Assembly: GCA_012964235.1 (NCBI GenBank)
Contig: DTUJ01000157.1
Location: forward strand, 1-37,677
DNA length: 37,677 bases
DNA from: Fidelibacterota bacterium
GTDB lineage: Bacteria > Fidelibacterota > Marinisomatia > Marinisomatales > UBA8229
Reading direction: 5' to 3'
Position numbers and translations under genes: made by a program. Every line of letters starts with the position of its first letter. The stretch's first letter is position 1. The notes below the pieces were generated by a model. The model saw only the letters and a program-made list of their open reading frames with translations. It did no database searches and was not told the DNA's origin. Below are positions 18,692 to 27,175 of the stretch, piece after piece.

Positions 18692-20395
18692 ATGTCTGCA
18701 TTAGTAGAGTGTGTACCAAATTTCAGCGAAGGTCGAGATCAAGGCAAGGTCGCACTGATCACAGATGCCATCAAAGCGGTGAAGGACATTACTCTTCTAG
18801 ATGTAGATCCTGGCCAGGATACAAACCGTACGGTCGTGACTTTTGTTGGACCCATTGAAGCTATAGAAGAAGCGGCATTCAAAGGAATTCAAAAAGCAGC
18901 AGAAGTTATCGATATGCGTCAGCAAAAGGGTGCACATCCACGGATGGGGGCAACGGATGTGTGTCCTTTCGTACCTATAAGTAATGTAACCATTGAAGAT
19001 TGTGTGGAATTATCCAAGCGTGTTGGCAATCGTGTAGGGGAAGAGCTGGGCATACCTGTTTATCTTTACGAGAATTCTGCACAAAAGAAAGAACGGAAGA
19101 GTTTACCAAACATTCGGGAAGGAGAATATGAAGCTTTACCAGAAAAGCTGCAGAAACCAGAATGGAAACCGGATTTTGGTCCAGCTAAGTTCAATGCTGG
19201 CGCTGGTGCTACAGTTATTGGATGTAGAGAGTTTCTAATTGCTTACAACATCAATTTGAATACCAGAGACACACGCCTTGCGACAGATATTGCCTTTGAG
19301 CTCAGGGAGAAGGGGAGATCCAAACGCGTTCCACATACCGTATCAAAAAATTTACTTGATGGAGAAATTATCCGCAATAAAGATGGAAGCCCTGTGAAAC
19401 AGAGAGGCAAATTTAAAGATGTAAAAGCAATTGGTTGGTACATGGATATTTATAACCGGGCACAGATCAGCATTAATTTCAATAATTATAAATCTTCTAC
19501 CATCCATGATGTTTTTGATGAGGCATGTGCATTAGCAACGGAAAGAGGAGTTCGGGTAACTGGAAGCGAACTTGTGGGGTTGATCCCGCTGGAAGCATTG
19601 TTAATGGCAGGACGACATTATTTGAAGAAGCAAAACCGTTCCACCGGTGTATCTGAAAAAATGATAGTGGAAACTGCTGCCCAGTCTCTTGGATTAAATG
19701 ATGTAGCTTCGTTCAACCCAAATGAGAAGATTATTGACTATGCTGTTCGAAATAAAACTGAGAAACACATTGATGTAGCAACTGAGGAATTTCTTGAAGA
19801 AGTAGGATCGAACAGTCCCGCACCAGGAGGAGGAAGTGTATCCGCTTTAGCCGGAAGCTTGGGCGCAGGGCTCACGTCCATGGTGGCGGCACTGACTCAT
19901 GAGAAAAAGGATTTTTTTGATAAGAAGCCTTTAATGGAGGAAATTGGTGATGAGGCTCAAAAAATTAAAGACAGGTTATTGTTTTTAGTGGAAGAGGATA
20001 CGAACGCTTTTAAAAAAGTTATGGCTGCAATTCGTCTTCCCCAATCATCTCCTGAAGAAAAAACGACAAAAGCAAAAGCTGTCCGGGAAGCAAACATTTA
20101 TGCAATCAGAGTACCTTGGGAAGTTGCTAAGCTTTCCTACAGGGTGATGGAACTTGCGTTACAGTTGGTGAATGAAGGGAATCCAAATTCCGTAAGCGAT
20201 GTAGGTGTTGCCGGAGAGGTTGGGATGGCTGCAATTCGTGGTGCCTGCTTGAATATCCTCATCAATCTTCCTGGGATAGAAAGTGAGGATCGTTTTGTAA
20301 AGGATATGAATACAAAAATGGATGCTCTTATTCCAAAAGCTGAAAAACTCCAAAAGCAAATTCTCAAAGAAACTATCAATAAAATCAATTCTTAA
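18692..20395 (+). CDS. ftcd: Bifunctional glutamate formiminotransferase / formiminotetrahydrofolate cyclodeaminase
   Basis: Starts MSALVECVPNFSEGR at ATG 18692. HPRMGATDVCPF and GSELVGL in the transferase part; SPAPGGGS and GNPNSVSD in the cyclodeaminase domain. Confidence 0.94.
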   Translation: MSALVECVPNFSEGRDQGKVALITDAIKAVKDITLLDVDPGQDTNRTVVTFVGPIEAIEEAAFKGIQKAAEVIDMRQQKGAHPRMGATDVCPFVPISNVTIEDCVELSKRVGNRVGEELGIPVYLYENSAQKKERKSLPNIREGEYEALPEKLQKPEWKPDFGPAKFNAGAGATVIGCREFLIAYNINLNTRDTRLATDIAFELREKGRSKRVPHTVSKNLLDGEIIRNKDGSPVKQRGKFKDVKAIGWYMDIYNRAQISINFNNYKSSTIHDVFDEACALATERGVRVTGSELVGLIPLEALLMAGRHYLKKQNRSTGVSEKMIVETAAQSLGLNDVASFNPNEKIIDYAVRNKTEKHIDVATEEFLEEVGSNSPAPGGGSVSALAGSLGAGLTSMVAALTHEKKDFFDKKPLMEEIGDEAQKIKDRLLFLVEEDTNAFKKVMAAIRLPQSSPEEKTTKAKAVREANIYAIRVPWEVAKLSYRVMELALQLVNEGNPNSVSDVGVAGEVGMAAIRGACLNILINLPGIESEDRFVKDMNTKMDALIPKAEKLQKQILKETINKINS

Positions 20396-20471
20396 ATGAA
20401 GCCACTTTTGGATTTCTCTTTAATTTTTTCCTATTATTAAGTACCCTTCGGAGTAAAATAAGGAAGTAATT

Positions 20472-22229
20472 TTGACAAAAATTCAAACATTATCAAAAGA
20501 TCTGCGTAATAAAATTTCTGCTGGTGAAGTAGTAGAAAGACCGGCTTCGGTTGTAAAGGAACTTATGGAAAACAGCTTGGATGCTGGCGCGTCAGAGATC
20601 ACCGTGGTGGTGGAAAAGGGAGGGCAACAAATCATTCAGGTAACTGATAATGGTGCCGGAATCAATTCGGTTGATATACCCAAGGCAATAGAGCGGTACA
20701 GCACGAGTAAAATTAAAAAATTGGATGACTTGTTTACTATAGATACATTTGGGTTCCGTGGAGAAGCACTTGCTAGTGTTGCATCTGTGTCAGAATTGGA
20801 AATTGCTTCCTGCCAAGAGGGGAAAGAGGGGGCAGAGGTGATAGTCCAGAATGGTGAATGTTCAGAAATCCGTCCTGCCCCAAGAGTGAGAGGTACCCAA
20901 ATCACAGTACATAACTTATTCTATAATACCCCTGCCCGGAGAAAGTTTATGAAGTCACCTCGTATAGAACTTCGGCAAATTATCCAGACGATTAAACGAA
21001 TGGCTTTGTCACACCCGGAAGTGAATATTATTTTATCTGCTGATGGAAAAGAAGTGGTGAATGTACAGCCCGAGTCTCTTGAAGAACGGATTGCATCATT
21101 ATTTGATCCTACCTATCAAGAAAATCTTTTATCTGTTCAATTACAAAAAGGGGATTATTCATTTTCAGGTTTTATAGGGAATCTGAATCTTGTCCGGTCA
21201 CGCCCAGGAGACCAATATATTTTTTTGAATAGACGGTACATTAAGAATAGACTTTTGAATTCTGCGGTATACTCTGGATATCAATCCTTAACAAAACGTG
21301 GGGAGTTCCCATTCTTCGCACTGAATTTAGTTATCCCCCCTGATCAAATAGATGTAAACGTCCACCCCATGAAAATTGAAGTCCGATTTAAGGACGAATG
21401 GAGGGTTTACCATGTATTGAAATCTGGTATAACCGATTCTCTATCGGATGTGCTGGAGACTATCCCGTATTTTGAGAAAATGACTGGAGACTCTAATGTA
21501 AAGGAACCCAACATTTCAACATCCGGAGTTGGTAGTGTCAAGCAGGAAATATTTCCATTTAATCGTCGTATTCCTGGACCGGTACAATCCTCTGCCCAAC
21601 TTGAACGAGCAAAGAGTTATGCTTCCGAACTTGCGACACGGCAGGAATCTTCCAGCCGAATTGATGTGGAAAATATTTGGCAGATACACAAGAAATATGT
21701 TGTGTCTGAGATTAGCAGCGGCCTTGTAATTATTGATCAACATGTTGCCCATGAACGAATCCTTTTTGAAGAAGCAATGAATACTTTTAATACAGGATCC
21801 ATGGCTTCACAGGCGCTTCTTTTTCCTGAAATTCTGGATTTCTCTCCCGATGAATACTCTGTTTTTTTGGAAGTATTACCTTTTCTTGAAAAGATAGGAT
21901 TTCGTATGAAGGAAACAGGAAAATATAAAGTCGAATTGGAAGCGATACCCTCTGAAATGAGCTGGGGTAACGAACGACGTGTGATCAAGGATATCATTGA
22001 CCATTATTTAAGCCATCAGAATGAATATAGTTCAATGCAGGAAAATCTTGCAGCATCTTTTGCCTGTCATGCTGCTGTTAAAGCTGGAGATACGCTCTTA
22101 AAAGATGAGATGCAGGAATTGGTGAATCGTTTATTCGGGACAAAGCATCCTTACTATTGTCCCCATGGCCGCCCGATTATCGTACAACTTTCACTTGATG
22201 AATTGGATAAACGGTTTGAAAGAGAATAG
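20472..22229 (+). CDS. mutL: DNA mismatch repair endonuclease MutL
   Basis: ISAGEVVERPASVVKELMENSLDAGA, GFRGEAL, DVNVHP, endonuclease motif DQHVAHERILFE, clamp-binding-like QALLFP, ACH and CPHGRP. Confidence 0.97.
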   Translation: MTKIQTLSKDLRNKISAGEVVERPASVVKELMENSLDAGASEITVVVEKGGQQIIQVTDNGAGINSVDIPKAIERYSTSKIKKLDDLFTIDTFGFRGEALASVASVSELEIASCQEGKEGAEVIVQNGECSEIRPAPRVRGTQITVHNLFYNTPARRKFMKSPRIELRQIIQTIKRMALSHPEVNIILSADGKEVVNVQPESLEERIASLFDPTYQENLLSVQLQKGDYSFSGFIGNLNLVRSRPGDQYIFLNRRYIKNRLLNSAVYSGYQSLTKRGEFPFFALNLVIPPDQIDVNVHPMKIEVRFKDEWRVYHVLKSGITDSLSDVLETIPYFEKMTGDSNVKEPNISTSGVGSVKQEIFPFNRRIPGPVQSSAQLERAKSYASELATRQESSSRIDVENIWQIHKKYVVSEISSGLVIIDQHVAHERILFEEAMNTFNTGSMASQALLFPEILDFSPDEYSVFLEVLPFLEKIGFRMKETGKYKVELEAIPSEMSWGNERRVIKDIIDHYLSHQNEYSSMQENLAASFACHAAVKAGDTLLKDEMQELVNRLFGTKHPYYCPHGRPIIVQLSLDELDKRFERE

Positions 22230-22270
22230 GAAATACTGCATTCAATTGATCTGAATTATCTATCAGTAAT

Positions 22271-23206
22271 ATAAACTCACAAACGCCGGCTCTTATTATT
22301 ATTGGTCCAACTTCCTGTGGGAAATCTCACCTTGCTGTTGAAATCGCCGGCAGAATAGACGGAGAAGTGATTGGTCTGGACTCGCGCCAGATATATAGTG
22401 GAATGGAAATTGGTACTGCCCAACCCACAAAAAAGGAACAGGATGCAATTCCCCATCATCTTATTGGTATTCGTTCTCCTGAAGAACCGATAACCTCAGG
22501 TGAATATGCGAAACTGATTACAGCTACAGTGAGGGATGTTCGGAAACGTGGTAAAGAGCCAATAATCTGCGGGGGATCAGGTTTATATTATAGAGCAATC
22601 ACTAAGGGAATTTTTAAAGGCAGTGTTAGTAACCTTAAAGTACGTGAACAACTTGAAAAAGAGTATGATGAAGAAGGAGGAAGCGTTCTATTAGGAAAGC
22701 TACAGAGCGTAGATCCTGATTATGCGAAAATTGTTCATCCAAACAATCGCAGGAGACTGGTGCGGGCGCTTGAAATCTACAAAGCCACGGGGAAACCACC
22801 CTCTATCCACTTTAAGAAGCAGAAAAGGTCTGGAGAAAAAGGCCTGGACAAATTTACAGTTTTTCTAACCTGTTTTATTGATAAATTGGAAAAACGAATT
22901 CGACAGCGAACAAAAATAATGTTAAGTAATGGATGGATAGAGGAAGTACAGAACCTTCAACTGAAGTTCCAAAATAAACTGTTACATCCACTAGACTCTA
23001 TTGGTTACCGGCAGATAATTGCTTATTTGAATAATAAATTATCCTATGAAAAAATGGTGGAAGATATTAATCTGCGTACACGCCAGTATGCAAAACGGCA
23101 ATTACAGTGGTTCAGTAAGGAATCGTCTGACATGAAAATTGAATTGTCGGGAGATTTTAAAAAATCTGATATTGCTGCTCGAGTTATTCATAGTTGGCAA
23201 GGTTAG
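22271..23206 (+). CDS. miaA: tRNA dimethylallyltransferase MiaA (start codon uncertain, non-canonical)
   Basis: In-frame P-loop IIIGPTSCGKS lies upstream of the ORF-track GTG (22367). DSRQIY, IGTAQP, GGSGLY, RRLVRALE and TRQYAKRQ..W motifs; follows mutL. Confidence 0.92.
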   Translation: MNSQTPALIIIGPTSCGKSHLAVEIAGRIDGEVIGLDSRQIYSGMEIGTAQPTKKEQDAIPHHLIGIRSPEEPITSGEYAKLITATVRDVRKRGKEPIICGGSGLYYRAITKGIFKGSVSNLKVREQLEKEYDEEGGSVLLGKLQSVDPDYAKIVHPNNRRRLVRALEIYKATGKPPSIHFKKQKRSGEKGLDKFTVFLTCFIDKLEKRIRQRTKIMLSNGWIEEVQNLQLKFQNKLLHPLDSIGYRQIIAYLNNKLSYEKMVEDINLRTRQYAKRQLQWFSKESSDMKIELSGDFKKSDIAARVIHSWQG

Positions 23207-23292
23207 ACTCCCACCCATTTTTACTAATACAACATTATTATTTTTCTTTTTAACTATTTCCCCTATTTATTGTATGTTCCGGCTCGAATTAG

Positions 23293-23324
23293 CCCTTTAA
23301 TCCATTCCAGTGAGAAGGAAAGGG
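23293..23324 (+). promoter_or_regulatory. PyrR-binding RNA stem-loop (pyr attenuator leader)
   Basis: CCCTTTAA-TCCATTC-CAGTGA-GAAGGA-AAGGG matches the CUUUAA...UCCNGNGAG PyrR element; lies directly upstream of pyrR. Confidence 0.85.
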
Positions 23325-23334
23325 AGCAATTGAG

Positions 23335-23389
23335 AACCTCCGTTCATACGGTTCCAGCAAACTGGAATGATTCAAGCGGGGGTTTTTTT
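23335..23389 (+). terminator. Attenuator terminator of the pyr leader
   Basis: AACCTCCG(T)...(G)CGGGGGTT basal stem, inner TTCCAG-CAAA-CTGGAA hairpin, followed by a T7 tract. Confidence 0.8.
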
Positions 23390-23444
23390 ATAGCCTCCAG
23401 TTGGAAAGGGTAGAGAATACAACATTGATCATGGTAAGTTAATT

Positions 23445-23993
23445 ATGGTGAAAGCAAAACAGGTTTTAGACGCAAAATCAATACAAAGTATTGTAATACG
23501 TTTGTCTCATGAAATTGTTGAAAAGAATCATGATTCTACCGAACTTACTCTAGTAGGGATCCAAACCCGTGGAGGACCTCTGGCAAAGAGGATTCAGGCC
23601 TTAATTCATAAACACTCAGGTGTGAAAGTTTCCTTGGGATTGGTAGACATAACCTTTCATCGGGATGACTTTAGGGACCGATTGGTGGTTCCACAGGTGA
23701 AAGGGACTGATTTACCTGATTCCATTGATGATGGAATTGTCATTTTGGTGGATGATGTGCTTTATACAGGAAGAACGGTTCGTGCAGCAATCGAAGTTTT
23801 GCTTTCTTATGGAAGACCTGGGAAAATACAGCTGGGGGTATTGGTTGATAGAGGACATCGGGAGATGCCCATTAAGGCAGATTTTGTTGGAAAGAATATT
23901 CCCACCCAAGACGGTGAACATGTGGAAGTTCTTTTAAAGGAAGTGGATGGAAAAGATTCTGTAGAATTGAGGTTTTATGAAAGGGATTCTTGA
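23445..23993 (+). CDS. pyrR: Bifunctional pyr operon regulator / uracil phosphoribosyltransferase
   Basis: RLSHEIVE, GIQTRG, DITFHRDD, VDDVLYTGRT.RAA and DRGHREMPI motifs. Confidence 0.97.
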   Translation: MVKAKQVLDAKSIQSIVIRLSHEIVEKNHDSTELTLVGIQTRGGPLAKRIQALIHKHSGVKVSLGLVDITFHRDDFRDRLVVPQVKGTDLPDSIDDGIVILVDDVLYTGRTVRAAIEVLLSYGRPGKIQLGVLVDRGHREMPIKADFVGKNIPTQDGEHVEVLLKEVDGKDSVELRFYERDS

Positions 23994-24922
23994 TGCTCCA
24001 GCATAAACACCTTTTAGGTCTGGAAGGATATCCTTCCGAGGATATTCAGACTATTATTGATACAGCTTTTGGATTTCGGAAAGTGCTGGAACGTCCAATT
24101 AAAAAAGTACCATCCTTGCAAGGAAAAACAGTAGTAAATCTTTTTTTTGAAATGTCTACACGTACCAGAATTAGTTTTGAATTAGCGCAAAAACGTATGA
24201 GCGCTGATACAGTTTCTTTTTCGGCTGCTTCAAGCAGCCTGAACAAAGGTGAGAGTTTCAAAGATACCGTTCAAAATATCGAGGCCATGAAGATTGATGC
24301 TGTTATTTTGAGACACCCTGCATCAGGTGCACCCCTGCATTTAACCAAATTTGTAGATGCAGTAGTGATCAATGCAGGAGATGGGACGCACGAACACCCT
24401 ACCCAGGCTATTTTGGATATGATGAGCCTTCAGGAACAGTTTAATAACCTAGAGGGACTGAAAGTGGGAATAATTGGTGATATTTCCCATAGCAGGGTTG
24501 CGTTAAGTAATATTTTTGGATTGACTACCATGGGTGCAGATGTGATGATCTGTGGCCCGTCAACACTCATACCACCCCATATTGAAAAACTTGGTGTAAA
24601 GGTCAGTTATGATATGGATGAAGTAATTGATTGGGCCGATGCTGTTAATATACTCCGAATTCAATTGGAACGAATGGGTACCGGCTTATACCCTTCTATA
24701 CGGGAGTATAGAGAATTATTCGGCCTCTCCGTAGAACGAATAAAAAGACACAGCAAGGATCTTGTAGTAATGCACCCGGGACCCATGAATAGGGGAACGG
24801 AAATTGACAGTGCGGTGGCGGATAGTGACAGAGCAATTATTCTTGATCAGGTTTTAAACGGTGTTGCTTCCCGGATGGCAATCCTGTATTTATTGCTAGG
24901 CGGGAAAACAGAAGAAAATTGA
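23990..24922 (+). CDS. pyrB: Aspartate carbamoyltransferase catalytic subunit
   Basis: FFEMSTRTRISF, HEHPTQA, GDISHSRVA, RIQLER and MHPGPMNRG motifs. Confidence 0.97.
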   Translation: MMLQHKHLLGLEGYPSEDIQTIIDTAFGFRKVLERPIKKVPSLQGKTVVNLFFEMSTRTRISFELAQKRMSADTVSFSAASSSLNKGESFKDTVQNIEAMKIDAVILRHPASGAPLHLTKFVDAVVINAGDGTHEHPTQAILDMMSLQEQFNNLEGLKVGIIGDISHSRVALSNIFGLTTMGADVMICGPSTLIPPHIEKLGVKVSYDMDEVIDWADAVNILRIQLERMGTGLYPSIREYRELFGLSVERIKRHSKDLVVMHPGPMNRGTEIDSAVADSDRAIILDQVLNGVASRMAILYLLLGGKTEEN

Positions 24923-24936
24923 TTTAGTAAAGAATA

Positions 24937-26229
24937 ATGCGAAGTAAAAAACAGCCGAGAGAACTCCTGCTAAAAGGTGGCACTGTTGTTGATCCATTTC
25001 GAAAAGAAAAATATGTTGGAGATGTCTTTATTAAGAATGGTAAGATTCAGAAAGTTGGTGATGTGAACTATAAATCTTCTATGACCCAGGTTGATTGTTC
25101 CGGTTTGATTGTGACGCATGGATTTTGTGATATTCATGTTCATTTTCGGGAACCTGGGAGGGAAGATAAAGAAAGCCTTGCTACTGGATCACAAGCGGCT
25201 CTCGCAGGAGGATTTACACGTGTTTGTGTTATGCCAAATACCAATCCTCCTCTTGACACTCCAGAATCGATTCGTTTCATTGTAGAAAAAGCAGAGACAT
25301 TACCCATTCATATTCATCCTATTGGTTCCATTACCAAGGGACAGAAAGGCAAAGAAATTTGTGAGATGGCCGCAATGAGAAATGAAGGCGCAGTTGCTTT
25401 TAGTGATGATGGCATACCTGTCTCAGATGGAGAAATTATGCGGCTTGCTTTAGAGTATGCAGGAATGATTGGAGTACCAATTATCAATCATGCTGAAGAT
25501 TGTTGCATCCGTAAGAATGGTGTTATGAACGAAGGAGAAATATCAACTCGAATGGGATTAACAGGGAATCCGGATATTGCCGAATCAACTATGGTGAACC
25601 GCGATTTAGAACTTGCACAGTTAGCAGGCTCAGTTCTTCATGTTCCTCATGTTAGCACGGCTAAAGCCATTAATCATGTTCGAAGAATGAAAAAAGAATA
25701 TAAACACCTTTCGGCAGAAGTGACCCCACACCATCTGTATTTCAATGATGAAGCTCTCGTTGAATACGACACAAATTTAAAGGTTGCTCCACCGATAAGA
25801 ACAGAGCATGACCGTCGAGCACTCATAAAAGCTTTGAAAGATGATGTAATCGATTGTATTGCTACTGATCATGCCCCTCATACTATTGAAGAAAAAGAGA
25901 GAACTTTTGATCTGGCTCCCTTTGGAATGATTGGGCTTGAGAGTTGTTTTGGTGTGGTTTATCAGATATTAGTGAAAGAGTCAGGGATGGCACTTGGAGA
26001 ATTGATACAAAAGTTGACCGTAAACCCAAGAATGGTGATGGGATTCCAGCCTGATTTGTTCAAACCTGGAATTCAGGCAGAGATTTCTGTGATTGATACA
26101 GAGAAGGAATGGGTATTTAAAAAATCGTCCATTCAATCCCGTTCTGGCAACAGTCCTTTCCTTGGTAAAAAAGTAACAGGGAAAATTCACTTTATTCTTT
26201 CGAAAGGAATCATTACTGAAATAACTTGA
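24937..26229 (+). CDS. pyrC: Dihydroorotase (long, type I)
   Basis: DIHVHFREPG, MPNTNP, EVTPHHL, KVAPPIR and ATDHAPH motifs; metal ligands retained. Confidence 0.95.
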   Translation: MRSKKQPRELLLKGGTVVDPFRKEKYVGDVFIKNGKIQKVGDVNYKSSMTQVDCSGLIVTHGFCDIHVHFREPGREDKESLATGSQAALAGGFTRVCVMPNTNPPLDTPESIRFIVEKAETLPIHIHPIGSITKGQKGKEICEMAAMRNEGAVAFSDDGIPVSDGEIMRLALEYAGMIGVPIINHAEDCCIRKNGVMNEGEISTRMGLTGNPDIAESTMVNRDLELAQLAGSVLHVPHVSTAKAINHVRRMKKEYKHLSAEVTPHHLYFNDEALVEYDTNLKVAPPIRTEHDRRALIKALKDDVIDCIATDHAPHTIEEKERTFDLAPFGMIGLESCFGVVYQILVKESGMALGELIQKLTVNPRMVMGFQPDLFKPGIQAEISVIDTEKEWVFKKSSIQSRSGNSPFLGKKVTGKIHFILSKGIITEIT

Positions 26230-26293
26230 TCCTTCCTCTTTTCTTTAATGAGGTTGGCTTATTTTATCTACTATAATTTGTATTGAATAAATG

Positions 26294-26323
26294 TTGACTA
26301 TGATTGGAGAGTTATACTACCTT
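26294..26323 (+). promoter_or_regulatory. Putative sigma70 promoter of the rplM operon
   Basis: TTGACT (26294-26299), 18 nt spacer, TACCTT (26318-26323). Confidence 0.4.
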
Positions 26324-26340
26324 CACCAACTTTTACCGAA

Positions 26341-26778
26341 GTGAAAATTATGAGAACAAAGTCTATCAATAAATCAGAAATAAACCATGATTGGTGGGTG
26401 GCCGATGCAGAGGATCAAACCCTTGGACGGTTTGCGAGTCGAATTGCCCAGGTTTTAAGAGGAAAGCATAAACCCCAATTTACACCTCATATGGATATGG
26501 GTGATTTTGTCATTGTTGTCAATGCGGAAAAGATTAGGGTTTCAGGAAATAAGGAAATTGACAAAACGTATTTTAAGCATTCTGGTTATCCAGGTGGAGG
26601 CTCAACAAAAAATTTAAAATTTATGAGAAAAACTTACCCAAAAAGAGTAATAGAAAATGCTATCCGGGGAATGCTGCCTCACAATCGTTTAGGCAGTAAA
26701 ATTTTTAAGCATCTTAAGGTTTTTGCAGGCCAGGATCATCTGCACCATGCCCAGCAACCTAAAAAACTTGAAATGTAA
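26341..26778 (+). CDS. rplM: 50S ribosomal protein L13 (start GTG 26341 or ATG 26350)
   Basis: WWVADA..QTLGR, LRGKHKPQFTPHMDMGD and GMLPHNRLG motifs. Confidence 0.98.
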   Translation: MKIMRTKSINKSEINHDWWVADAEDQTLGRFASRIAQVLRGKHKPQFTPHMDMGDFVIVVNAEKIRVSGNKEIDKTYFKHSGYPGGGSTKNLKFMRKTYPKRVIENAIRGMLPHNRLGSKIFKHLKVFAGQDHLHHAQQPKKLEM

Positions 26779-27171
26779 ATGAATAAAGAAACTTATCAAG
26801 CAACCGGAAGAAGAAAAAGTTCAATTGCCCGTGTCTTTCTTAATCCTGGGAAGGGATCTTTTTTAATCAATGGTAAAGAATATAAAAAGTACCTTTGCCG
26901 TGAAAGCTTAGCAATCCTTGTGAATCAACCTCTCAACACGGTTGGTTGTACTGATGAGTATGACATTATTAGCACTGTGAGAGGAGGAGGGCTCACCGGA
27001 CAAGCCGGTGCTGTTCGATTAGGTATATCCCGGGCTCTTCTACAAGTAAACAAAAATCATCGTACTTTATTGAAAACTGCTGGTTTTCTCACAAGAGATT
27101 CCCGTCGGGTGGAGCGGAAAAAATACGGTCAACCCGGAGCTCGCAAGAAATTTCAATTTTCAAAAAGATAA
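26779..27171 (+). CDS. rpsI: 30S ribosomal protein S9
   Basis: ATGRRKSSIARV, GGGLTGQAGAVRLG and ERKKYG...ARKKFQFSKR motifs. Confidence 0.98.
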   Translation: MNKETYQATGRRKSSIARVFLNPGKGSFLINGKEYKKYLCRESLAILVNQPLNTVGCTDEYDIISTVRGGGLTGQAGAVRLGISRALLQVNKNHRTLLKTAGFLTRDSRRVERKKYGQPGARKKFQFSKR

Positions 27172-27175
27172 TTTT

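Noticed and set aside
20442-20455. cUUCGg tetraloop mini-hairpin before mutL
   Set aside because: Stem of only about 4 bp with a mismatch; insufficient to call an RNA element.
22246-22255. prfB-style programmed +1 frameshift at ATC-TGA into miaA
   Set aside because: The P-site tRNA could not re-pair (AUC to UCU) and there is no closely spaced SD. Kept only as an unresolved start-site problem.
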